This document shows, in pieces, positions 50,800 through 62,500 of a DNA stretch of 64,000 nucleotides; position 1 is the stretch's first letter; each line of letters starts with the position of its first letter. A model generated the notes under the pieces. The model did no database searches, was not told the DNA's origin, and saw only the letters and a program-made list of their open reading frames with translations. The DNA is from Cirrosporium novae-zelandiae (taxonomy: Eukaryota): NCBI GenBank assembly GCA_026023565.1, contig JAPETS010000010.1, forward strand, positions 496,001 to 560,000, written 5' to 3'. The position numbers and the translations under genes are program-made.

Positions 50800-52974
50800 T
50801 CAATAGCTCTCCCACTTCTGTCCTCCCATAGCAACCAAACGGTTGAAGAGTTCCTCTCTCATTGGAATAGCCGTCAGCCCCCACCTCTCATCTCTCCGAT
50901 CAACAATCTCCAGCCCATCTGCAACATCCTTATCAGTGGCCCATCCAACAACAAGTTTCGATTTCCAGCCCAGCCCACCAACCTTCTTCAGCTCTTGGAT
51001 TTCGGCAACGGGGATGGAGAAAACGGATTGCTTGGACTGCTGCTGTTGAGGCGGAGAAGAATCGGGTGTCAGAATGCCACCATAGGAGAAGGAAATATAT
51101 GGCACCGCGGTAGCGGTGGATATATACGCATAGCCCTTTTTGCCTCTATACCGAGCCTTGAAATCGACGGGTCCGGAAGGCGACTTTTCGTTAGAGAGAA
51201 CACCAATGTGGTTTTTGGCATGCTCAGATCCGAGTTTTGCTCTGGCGCGGTCGGCGCTAAGTTTAGTCTGGACAACACCTTTAGTGGTGCCTTTCAGGAG
51301 ACCGAGGATGCGAGAGCCTTTCTTTTTTCTGGGTTCTTCGGGCTGGGTTTGATCATCGTTCGAAACTTCAGACTTGTGGATCGTATCATGGACCTCTTCT
51401 TTGGGCGCGTCTAGAGTTCCTAAATCTTCGCTGTAAATAGAGACAGGTCGCGAATGTGATAGGCTATCTGATCGAGGAGGCGGAGGGATAGGGGCTTTGT
51501 TAACCTCCCCTATTCGGAGGAGGGTAAGTGTCAACTGGGCGTTCGTGGGGACTTCTTTCAATATGGTATTCTGGATCTCAAGAAATTTCTCCCAATGCGG
51601 GAATTCTTGATTGAGCCATGCGAGTCCGCGAGAGATAATGGGGTCACCGAAGAATCCGAATCCAGCGGAGAAAGTTATCGTCTTCATAAATGCATATGAG
51701 GTCACCATCAATGAGACTAAGAGCGCGGGTGCAAGAATTCCTGATAATTTGAATCGTGCAGTCTGCTGCGGAAATGGAGGAGTTGGTGATAGGGCACTAT
51801 CAATGTCAGATAATGAACGCATCAAAGTATTAGATTTCAACATACTTTGCAAATCTCTCCCACGTGTCGCAAATATCGCAGAGTATATGCATTGCCGGCC
51901 GCATCTTTTCCCACATGGCATTTTCCATCGGCTCTTTGGTCTTGTCATGGCGTACAGACTTGTTATCACCACCGGCGTTGCCCTGTGCACCGGCAAGTGC
52001 AGAGCCCAAATTGGTAGGGTCTGGAGTCGCATTGTTTAGAGGATCCTCTTCATGTTTTCTGGCTGCACTGCTGATTGCGATATTGGCAATTGAGGACACG
52101 AAATTGTTGGCCTCCTGTTCGACTGCTTCCCCTTTATGCTTTTCTGGTGCTCCAGTAATGCTATCTTTGCTACCGAGGACTCCTGCTTTTGGCTTCTGCA
52201 CACCCCCCGTTCTCCCGCTAACAAGAGCAAGGGGAGCAGGAGGGAAGAGGAGTGTGCGAGAAGGAGGATACACAGTCAGACAGATAAGGGTTGCCACTAT
52301 CATCGGTACGATAAAGTCAAAGATCCAAGCAATAAAGTAAGCCTGTGCAGAGTTAGCTTGGCATCTTAATTGTTCTTTGAAGGCTTACAGCACAGGACGC
52401 TCCAGTTCGCCGAGGCTCTTTCCAAGATCGTAATCTGGCGATGTGTTTCCCAAAAGCAGCTAATCCAACAATGACAGTCATATATAAACGTTCGAGATTG
52501 CTGCGAAGCTTGTCGGGTGAAAATTCATCATCCGCAGCAACATATAAATCAAGTCCACTCATGGGAGCTTCAGGGTTATATTTAACATGATAAATTTGCT
52601 GTTTTTGAAATCCGACGTGTTAGAAACGTTTTAGACATATAAGAAGGTTTTCTTACCTTGTTAAAGCGTCTCACAAGAGTCCATAATTCCTCGTTTTGGA
52701 GGCGTCCTATTAGTGGAGAGGGAATATCTTTGGGGTGTGCATTCCAGCCAAGGTCCTCCACTTCACCTTCTCCGTTATTCAGCTGCGCAATGCCCTTTTC
52801 CTCGTGATCAGCCTTTGCGAGAGCATGGCTCTCTGTCGGTATTTCTTCCATTATGTCTTTTCGCGAAGATGAGTCGAAATCTGGGTTAGGAATATATTCT
52901 TGAGTTGGGTCGGGTTGGTTTAGGGCTGGCGGGGTAGTACCTGAATCCCTGAAAACGTACCCAGGAGTCGGCAT
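50800..52974 (-). CDS. DUF3292 family membrane protein; 4 exons
   Basis: Exons 52974-52657, 52598-52389, 52342-51846, 51796-50800. Motifs NEELWTLVRRFNKQ, EFSPDKLRSNLERLY, LFPPAPLALV, GEAVEQEA, WERFANALSPTPPF, VPTNAQL, LKKVGGLGWK, ELFNRLVAMGGQKWE. Confidence 0.82.
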
Positions 52975-53454
52975 TGCAGTAATCTATGAAAATGGCAGTA
53001 TTAATGAAATTGGAGTTGTACTTGGGCTCGAGGGGGTTTCAAAGCTGGCCCCTGATATTTTGTACTTTGTACAAACATAGGTGCCAAGTTTAGGGAGCAA
53101 ATATCAAGGACATGTTGCTGTGGCTTTGTTTCCCGATTCCTCATACGTCATCCCAGCAAAGGACGATGATAGCAATAGTCGATTGAGGCTTAGGCCATAC
53201 CGACTAGAGGAAGTTATTAACTTAGTTTTCCTTTGATCTAAGAACTTGACAACTTACATATGATATAACGTACATAATTTGCTTTTGATAATACCTACAT
53301 ACTTATGTATCTAACAACAGATACGTCACTTTTATCCATCTCATCTTATTGTGGATGATCCCTTTCATCCCTCATCACATAGTCGGTATCAACGTATAAA
53401 TGTTAAAGTATGATCCTAATCGCCACGTGGGTTCGATAGTTTTAGCAATTTCAG

Positions 53455-53615
53455 ATGCAGTTGATAATTACTCCATGTAGATAATTACCCTATTTGATCA
53501 TTGTATCCTTGTGACGATCTGAGATACCGAGCCTCGGATAGTCGGATAGTCGGAGATACTGTGTCACGTGTGTATGTGCATCAACGTGATCAAGTACAAA
53601 TCTTATCTTATCTTT
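53455..53615. promoter_or_regulatory. Cluster of GATA, CGG-repeat and E-box motifs upstream of the ferric reductase
   Basis: GATAATTAC twice (~53463, ~53480), TCGGATAG-TCGGATAG-TCGGAGAT (~53534-53557), TCACGTG 53564-53570, ATCTTATCTTATCT (~53600-53613, tandem GATAA on minus). Function inferred only. Confidence 0.35.
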
Positions 53616-53837
53616 GGGCTACTGTGTAATCATCATCCTGATCTCCGCCTAAAGTGACTGACTCCATATAGAAATCAACTCGAAATCCTATGCTAAGTAA
53701 TTAGTACTTTCTTAAATGAGTCTAAATAGGCTCATATATTACCGTTTGAAATCACCACTCCATGAACGTTAGGAGGGCTTAGCGAAAAGGAACGAACGAC
53801 TTCTTGGGAGTGTGCTTGAGCAAGATCGAAAGATAAG

Positions 53838-55742
53838 ATGGGAGATCTTATCTCACCGCCGTCACTTCAACAAGCTTTACGACTTTCCCTTCATGTCACT
53901 GCCTGGACATCTCAGGAAGATGCCTTCTCACTGGTTGCTGATAATCCGTCTCGATCTGATGATGATGATATAAAAGATATTATCCAAAGAGTTCTGTGGT
54001 CGAGCAAATTTGTTTTGACCTATCATTTTGTCATAGTTGGGACTTTATGTTGTGTGACTGGCATTCACTGGTTTTTCAAGTTACATCGCAGATATCACCG
54101 GCGAAAAACACGAGCATTTGTATCACATAGCCCTTCCAATCTTCGGAATGGGACAGTCGAAGATCTTGCGTTCTACGGTGGACTAGATGCAACAGATGCA
54201 ACAGATGCTAGCGAACGATTGCCGCTTCTCAAGGCCCATAGACTGTCCCGCCAACATATTCATCAAATGTCTGGCTTATCCTATATTAGGGCATGGCTAA
54301 TGTACCAACCCCCACCGATTCCGATCATAAATAAAGTGCTACCTTCCAATGGAATGAGCATAGCAATCCTGGCCTTTATTGGCCTGAATTTATTCTATCT
54401 GTTTTACCGGATAAAATTCTCTGCACGTCTAGTAGTTGTTCTTGCAGATAGAGCAGCCATACTATTTGTTGCTAATTTGCCTCTTCTATACCTACTTTCA
54501 GCAAAAAACCAACCCATCAAGTATTTGACCGGATATTCTTATGAGGGCCTTAATATTTTCCACCGCAGGCTCGGGGAAATTATGTTCTTACTTGCTCTGA
54601 TACATACGATTGGAATGTTTGGAGTTTGGTATACCCTTCTAAGACCTGAAGGCTTTAGCTTAGAACGATTCATCTTCGAAAAGGTCATTCTCTTGGGCCT
54701 AGGGGCTTTTATTACATACGAAACGATCTATTTAACATCTCTTGGAAGCTTGAGGCAGCGATGGTATGAATTATTTCTTGCACTGCATGTTATACTTCAA
54801 GTGGCGGCATTAACCTTTTTGTTCTTCCACCATCATGGCTCCAGGCTATATGTGATTCTTGCTTTGGTAATCTATTTCATTGATCGATTTGCCATGCGAA
54901 TGACCAAGAAGATGAAGTCTTTGAGAGCTACACTCGAAGTTAAAGATGATGGAGAAACCGTCAAACTCACAGTTCCATTCAGCGAGAAAAGCTCGGTAAA
55001 AAAAGACATTGCGCGCATCAAGCTCCCCCTAATGGATATTACTGGCGGCTGGCAACCAGCGGAGCATGTGTTCCTCACAGTTCCGTCATTATCCTGGAAG
55101 CATGTTATCCAAGCACACCCATTTACAATTGCAACACAAGTACCGAATCCAAGGGATTCTGATGTGGGGCTTGAACTTCTTATCCGTGCCCAAGACGGGT
55201 TCTCAAAGGATCTTCTGACATTCGCGAAAAGCCATAATAGCGTCCAAGTCTGGCTTGATGGGCCATATGGATCACAGTCATTGATTGACATACTTGGTAC
55301 CAGCGATCTTGCTATTTTTGTGGCTGGAGGAAGTGGCATTAGCGTGACCTGGCCTTTACTAGGGGCGTTCTTGGAAAGTCGAGCCGATGATGTCGAAGGA
55401 GAAAGGGCCACGCTACATAGGAAAAAGGCTCTATTTGTTTGGATCGTGAACAAGAAGTCCCATCTCTCCTGGATGGAAAAAGATGCACTTCATGCCATGC
55501 AGGATAGAGGCGTGGAGATCGTCATCCCTGAACCAACTTCCGAAAAAGGACGGCCAGCTATTCCTGAATTAATCACATCATGGATTCAAAAGACGGAACA
55601 TGAGATTCTTGGGGCTCCCGCCGAACTTGCAGTTGTCGGCTGTGGGCCTGAAAGTATGAATAGAAGTGTTAGAAACACATGCTCTAGCCTAACTTCGCAT
55701 GGGCATAATATTACGGTGGGAATAGAGAAGTATGGTTGGTAA
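53838..55742 (+). CDS. Ferric/cupric reductase-like transmembrane flavocytochrome (FRE family)
   Basis: 634 aa with TM helices carrying heme His (FHRRLG, LIHT, LHVILQ, FFHH), FAD motif QAHPFT, LDGPYG, NADPH motif VAGGSGI, VGCGPESM, terminal EKYGW. Confidence 0.88.
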   Translation: MGDLISPPSLQQALRLSLHVTAWTSQEDAFSLVADNPSRSDDDDIKDIIQRVLWSSKFVLTYHFVIVGTLCCVTGIHWFFKLHRRYHRRKTRAFVSHSPSNLRNGTVEDLAFYGGLDATDATDASERLPLLKAHRLSRQHIHQMSGLSYIRAWLMYQPPPIPIINKVLPSNGMSIAILAFIGLNLFYLFYRIKFSARLVVVLADRAAILFVANLPLLYLLSAKNQPIKYLTGYSYEGLNIFHRRLGEIMFLLALIHTIGMFGVWYTLLRPEGFSLERFIFEKVILLGLGAFITYETIYLTSLGSLRQRWYELFLALHVILQVAALTFLFFHHHGSRLYVILALVIYFIDRFAMRMTKKMKSLRATLEVKDDGETVKLTVPFSEKSSVKKDIARIKLPLMDITGGWQPAEHVFLTVPSLSWKHVIQAHPFTIATQVPNPRDSDVGLELLIRAQDGFSKDLLTFAKSHNSVQVWLDGPYGSQSLIDILGTSDLAIFVAGGSGISVTWPLLGAFLESRADDVEGERATLHRKKALFVWIVNKKSHLSWMEKDALHAMQDRGVEIVIPEPTSEKGRPAIPELITSWIQKTEHEILGAPAELAVVGCGPESMNRSVRNTCSSLTSHGHNITVGIEKYGW

Positions 55743-56351
55743 AGTACAATTTGAAGGATGCTTGGTATAGCAATGATAGAATTCTGTGGCTTTGAAGCAT
55801 TTCTCAATTGAGGGGTAGTCTTTTGGAGTTATGAGCTTAAGATCGGTGTCTAAGACGGATCCTATTAGATACAACTTAGAGTCAAGATATCTATCATCCT
55901 CAAACAAACTAGATTGAAGGATTGATTTGCGTATGAGTAGAGGGCTGACTCAAAATAATTCAAACACATTAGCTCATGGGTAGAAACAAAAAGTGACGCT
56001 ATTATATACACAGTACACCTTGGGGACTTGAGGAGGCTTTCAAACAAATCAGCTTTAAATAAAAGACTTTTTTTATCAGATTTTGGTAGATTCTCAGGTA
56101 AAACCAAGCAGTGATTTAAATTGAGGTTATTTGAAGGGTTCCTTAAGTGTAGTAGTTTTCAGTAGGGATGATAATGTTCCGGAATAAGGTGTAGAGTTTT
56201 ATCACGTGCTAGCGCGTTGTGATTATCTTAGCGTGATCATGGAACGCCTGTGGTATGATTGTCATCATACACGCTTATATTACAACAGCACAAAACACCT
56301 TGTAACATCATTATATGTGAAGGTGTCGTCCTATCTGCGGTGACATAAAAA

Positions 56352-58438
56352 ATGGAAGAATACGCGAATCCCCTCCTAGTTCAATGGATCAAGGAAGGTC
56401 TTGATTTTGCTCGAGAGCGCAACTCCAAGGGTGTAACGACGTGAGCATGCCGCTCCTCCAGGTACTGTTTCGATACCATGTTAATTAGTTAACTGTAGTT
56501 ACAAAAAGGCTTATGAATCTATGAAAGCCTGTCCACTTACCTTTAAGCATCCTTCTGAAGCTCAACAATTACATGGCATAGGCCCTAAGCTCTGTGATCG
56601 ATTGACACAAAAAATGAAGGAGCATTGTGAGAAAAACGGACTACCTATGCCAAAACCGTCGCGGAAGAACTTATGTATAGTCCCCCCTAATTATTAAATA
56701 TACTGAAATAGACTTATGGTGATTAGCTCGCAAACGTACAGAAGATGATGTTCCTAGTGCTGCTCAAACAACTAAGAAGCCTCGGAAGCTCAAGCCATAT
56801 GTTCCTACTCTACGATCTGGCGCATATGCTATCATACTAGCTCTAGCAACCCTTCCTGAAGATTCGTCGCAAGGTCTCACTAAGGCCCAGACCATTGAAA
56901 TTGCTCAGCCTTATTGCGATTCTTCCTTCAGTACACCAAGTGATCCTACCAAATTCTATACTGCTTGGAACTCTATGACCACCCTCGTTAATAAAGATCT
57001 TATTTACGAAAGAGGTAGGCCACTACGAAGGTATGTCTTGACGGAAGAAGGCTGGGAGGTCGCGAAAAGGATAAAAAATACCTCGGGTGGAGATAGTCAA
57101 ACAGTAGAGAATTTCTTCTCTGGAAGACAGGTAAACATCTCCCCAGAACTGGCGCTATTATAGACTTACATCTATAGGCTTCGACCGTTGAGGAAACTTA
57201 TAACCCAGTCAACACTAGCAAAGATTCTGATTCTTTATACCCTACGAACAATGGAAAAGAACAAGTGGTCATTCCATCTCGAAGTATAGCTACTAAAACA
57301 ACTCAACAATGTCCTTCAGAGGAACATTATCGGGGATCAGGAGCCAGCAATTTTGTTGATCTCCTATCAAGCCCTGAGCCAACGGAAGAAATATACGGGC
57401 CCAAGAAACCAAATGGTCATCCAGACGCGATATCGGGGACAACGGGATACCCTGCGTCTTCGTTGCCTAAATCCACTCTACCATCACTCCAACCCCTTCG
57501 TCTTCTGCCGGGAAGTTTTACTGTCCAATTAATAATTGACAACAGAGAAGTTCGAACCCAAACTGATAGAGATTATATTCAAGAGGAGCTTATCAAGAAG
57601 GGTATCAAGCCTCTTGTCAGACCACTCGACCTAGGAGACGCTTTGTGGGTTGCCAAATTCAATGACCCCCAGACATTACCTAGACTCGGTGAAGAAGGTG
57701 ATGAAATAGTACTTGATTGGATCGTCGAGAGAAAACGCCTTGATGATCTTGTTAGTAGTATAAAAGATGGAAGGTTCCACGAACAGAAATTTCGGCTCCA
57801 GAAATCAGGGGTGAAGAATGTCATATATCTGGTTGAGGAGATATCAATGACTCACGAGGCTTCATCAAAATATCGTGAAAGCGTTGATTCAGCGATTGCA
57901 TCTACGCAGGTGGTTAATGGTTATTTTGTGAAACGAACAGAGAAACTAGATGATACAATCCAATACCTTGCAAGGATGACAGCGATGCTCAAGGACCTTT
58001 ATGAAGTATGTTAGTTGAGTTTAATTATATCAGTGCTAATGCTTGCTATAGTCGAAGCCACTCCATCTTATTCCAACATCAGTACTTGACCCGCAGACCT
58101 ACCTTCCACTACTCTCACATTTACGAGAAACTTTTCCATCTTGTCCTCATTATATCACCTTTGCGGCATTTTCCGGTCTAGCTTCCAAATCCGATTACCT
58201 GACTCTTCAAGATGTCTTCTTGAAAATGCTGATGTGCACTCGAGGGTTAACTGGGGATAAAGCAATCGAGGTTCAAAAGCATTGGAAAACACCAAGAGCT
58301 CTTATCGAAGCCTTTGAGAAATGTGAGGGAGAGAAGGAACGCAATGAAATGGTGATGAAAGTGGTAAGCGGATCAATTACAAGATTGAAAGTGGGCAAAG
58401 CACTCAGTGTGAAAATGGCTGAAATATGGGGATCATGA
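56352..58438 (+). CDS. MUS81: Crossover junction endonuclease Mus81; 5 exons
   Basis: Exons 56352-56440, 56499-56674, 56727-57130, 57178-58005, 58052-58438. N-terminal HhH (HPSEAQQLHGIGPKLC), winged helix YVPTLRSGAYA, ERCC4 nuclease IDNRE..LGD..VERKRLDDL..SIKDGRFHEQKFRL, C-terminal HhH. Confidence 0.94.
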
Positions 58439-59563
58439 TGCAAACGGAGTTTGCCCAAGCTTACGTGGAAACTAGTAGATATGTATTCGGCGACTGCTAT
58501 TCCTCTGGTTTGCTGTCAAACTGACCGAAAGAGAAATATCTGGGATTGACTTTTGTAATGATGATAACTGCTCGGGTATTCCAAATTCCTTCAAAGTGCC
58601 CGTGTTTAATAGAAGCCGAAGTGTGCACATACGGGTGTTGAAGTTGATACTGTACACAAAAACACTTCACATATCCTATCATTTGATCCCAAGGGCTCAA
58701 CAAGGTAATAATAAAGTTTCGGGTGTTCCGTGAATGGCGGGGTTCGGTGGTTCAGCTGTGCATATGGCTCGACATGTGAGTTTGCTGGAGCAAATCAAAG
58801 TTTGGTTTCAACTCGTGGTGTCCGCTTTTCCTCCCCGCTGCTTATACGAATACGGGAGGTGGGTAGATGATGCCCATGAATATAGTACTCTATTAGAGCC
58901 TTGAGGTCCCTATCTTTCATACAGCTTGACATATTTAAGAGGGCAAACGGGGCGATATAAAGATCGGGATCATAACTGTTAGGGTAGAGTACCCGGCACC
59001 CGAATATTCTAGATAGTTGTAGAGTGGAAGGTAGACGGGATTCTTAAAGCGGCGCACAATGACGCAGATGATGAATATTGTTGTACCAAGTAACATGTAA
59101 CATCTTGCCTTTTCCAAGCAACTTATTTCAGACTACTATTATGAATTGACGACTTTTAATTATTATTAATTCTTCAATATCAATATTAAAGGGGGGTGAT
59201 GATCAGATGATTAATGCTTCGACAATGCAACCCTTCAGGAATGGAGGGTCTGTGGGCAGATCTCTCCTTCGGTGTGGCGATTAACGCACAAAACGCGCAA
59301 CGCGTAACGCACAAAACACTCATTCCGGAGAGAAACTATATCTATATTAGATCAGCCAGGCCGTAGTTGCCGATGCTGCTTTTCTTCTTATTAACTGACT
59401 ACATCTCTTAGATGAAGTCTTGATCCCTTCTATTACCTTCGGACTTTCCTTTCGGTGATAGTCACTCTCTGTCCTTTATTGAATGCTTTCTAGGTATTAC
59501 CCGGACATCGCAGAATATTTGAACCCAAAATCTTAACTTTTTCAAACCTCTTCAATAACCACA

Positions 59564-62500
59564 ATGGAAAGCTGCGATCTCCCAGAGGATTCGGCCTCTC
59601 TATCCCATCGTCCGACATCAGCCCACCTTACTTCATCCCATCGTCGAGCTCGTTCAAATATCATGCCAGGCGACTATGTCTCTACGATTTTAGTTAATAA
59701 TATACACTGTGCTTCATGTGTGGCTTATGTACAAGAGATTCTTAGCCAGTTGGGTCCTGACATTCACACAATCGATATCAGTATTCTCACACACCAGGTT
59801 ACGATTCATCACAATCAAAAGCTGTCTGCGTTGGAGATATGCCGTGTGCTAGCAGAACATGCTTTTGAGGTCCATAGTATCTCAACAGAGGACTGGAAAG
59901 GAAAAAATATTACCGAATATGATATTCCCTTTGAGCATAATGATGGGCTGCTCGAGCATGCTACAGAGATTTGGCGAATTGCATCCTCTAGGCCCCAATC
60001 ATGTGGCGGCACCTTTGAATCAGCCAAAAGGAAACAACACCTTGAAAACTGTAAGGCATGTCAGGTTGAAGAATGCATCCAGTCAGAGAAGACGGCCCAA
60101 CCAGCAACCCCTTCACCATCATGGGCTAGAAAAAGTATACATGTTCCTCAGGACGTTAAGCTCCAATCCACCAAGGGTCCTTATCCAGAAGCATCACATG
60201 CACGAACACCACCAATTAATGATGATGGCGATTTTGTGGTTAGCATTAGACCCCCTGAGAAGGAAGCCAAGCTCAAGGATGAAGCTATGGAAGATGGAGC
60301 CTTGCATCAAGCAACTATAAGCATTGGTGGTATGACATGCGCATCGTGTAGTGGTTCTGTTACCAAAGCTCTAGAAAAGCTAGACTTTGTCAGATCTGTC
60401 AATGTTAATCTTCTCACCAATAGTGCCTCAGTGACCTTTGAAGGGCTTAAGGCTAAAATCAACGATATCATACAGGAAATAGAGGACCTCGGCTATGAAG
60501 CTTCAGTTAACAGGGTCGAGCCTATTGAACACAAGAAATCGCTAACCCATCGATCTCCTCGAACGGCATCATTTCACCACATGGCAGTCTTAAGCATCGG
60601 AGGTATGACGTGTGCCTCTTGTTCTGGCTCGGTAACAAGAGGGCTCAAGGATCTACCATTTGTTCACAAAGTCGAAGTTAGTCTGGTATCGAATAGCGCA
60701 ACCATTGAATTCGAAGGTAAAGATAACATTAACAAGCTCAAAGAGGAGGTCGAGGACCTGGGATTTGACTGTGATATCGTCAGTTCCAGTCCCTTGTTAT
60801 CACCATCCTCGTACGACACTGAGGTTGAAACACGGGAAAGGGAAATTTCCATCAAAATAGATGGCATGTTCTGCGGGCACTGTCCTTCAAAGGTTATCGA
60901 AGCAATCAAAAAAGTTTTACCGGCAAACGCTTCAATTATAAGGAACCCCTCACAAAAGAGCCCTATCATTACCGTACTTTATAAGCCAATGCCCCCTTCG
61001 CTAACCGCACGAACTTTTGTGAGCGCAATTGAACATGAAAACGACATATTCAAAGCATCTATTTATTCCCCTCCTAACATAGAGGAACGATCTCAGCGTA
61101 TGCAACGACATGAAAGGTTAAGGCTGATGCTACGACTTATTCTATGCTTTCTAATTGCGGTACCAACCTTCCTGATTGGCATTGTCTGGATGAGCTTAGT
61201 GCCCAAGAGCGATCACTTACGGGTATTTTTCATGAAGCCAATGTGGACTGGAAGAGTTTCTCGGGCTGAATGGGCTCTCTTCATCCTTGCTACTCCAGTC
61301 ATGTTTTTTGCTGCGGACGTTTTCCATGTTCGAGCATTGAAAGAGATCAAGTCAATCTGGAGGAGAGGAAGTCAAGTCCCGGTTTTGCGCCGATTCTACA
61401 GGTTCGGAAGCATGAACCTTCTCATTTCAGCAGGAACATCAGTTGCCTATATTTCTTCGCTTGCAGTGCTTATTGTTGAAGCTCTCTCAACGGGCATGCC
61501 ATCAGAGCATATTACCACGTACTTCGATTCGGTCGTCTTCCTGACATTCTTCATTCTTATCGGCAGATACCTTGAAGCGTATAGTAAGGCCAAAACTGGC
61601 GACGCAGTAACAATGTTGGGAAACCTTCGACCGTCTGAGGCATTCCTTGTTTCTCCGACAGATGACTCCGGACAAAGTTCATGCATTAACGAGAAAATCG
61701 ACGTTAACGTTACTCCCCAAGGTAACAGAATCCAGAAAACCGCGGTCGAACTTCTTGAGGTCGGCGACTCTGTTAGTGTACCTCATGGAGTATCTCCCCC
61801 GGCCGATGGTATCATCATTGGGAACGAGGATGTTGTTGGAGAATTCAATGAAAGTTCCTTGACTGGTGAATCGCGTTCCGTGGTCAAACGACCTGGCGAT
61901 AAAGTATTTTCCGGGTCTATCAACATCGGCAAACCCGTCATTATGAAGATCACGGATATCGGTGGCACTTCAATGTTAGACCAGATTGTCGCTATTGTCC
62001 GTGAAGGACAAACGAAACGTGCCCCCGTGGAAAGAATCGCGGACATTTTAACTAGCTACTTTGTCCCGGTCATCACTTTAATAGCCGTGTCTACCTTTAT
62101 CATCTGGGTTGCACTTGGCGAGTCTGGCAGCCTTCCTCAATCTTGGCTGGATGTGGATCAAGGAGGATGGGTCTTTTGGAGTCTGAAGTTTGCCATTGCG
62201 ACATTCGTTGTCGCTTGTCCGTGTGGCATTGGGCTTGCAGCCCCCACTGCGCTATTCGTTGGCAGTGGCTTAGCGGCGAAGTATGGCATCCTCGTGCGTG
62301 GAGGGGGTGAGGCGTTCCAGGAAGCCAGCAATATCAATGTGGTTGTTTTCGATAAAACCGGCACGCTAACTGAAGGGAAAAGCCTAAAAGTCACGGACTA
62401 TCAGCTAATCCTTTCGGAGGATAAAGCAAACATGGCGTGGGCCCTTGCTAAAGCCTTGGAAGAAGAAAGTAGTCATCCGATCGCCAAAGCCATCATCAGC

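Noticed and set aside
50734..51414. 226-aa plus-strand ORF (likewise 19525-20133, 54872-55453 and other long antisense ORFs)
   Set aside because: Antisense shadows of well-supported genes; no motifs and mostly non-AUG starts.
58470..59120. Possible small minus-strand gene between MUS81 and the Cu-ATPase
   Set aside because: Some splice-like signals, but no consistent ORF or recognisable motif could be assembled.
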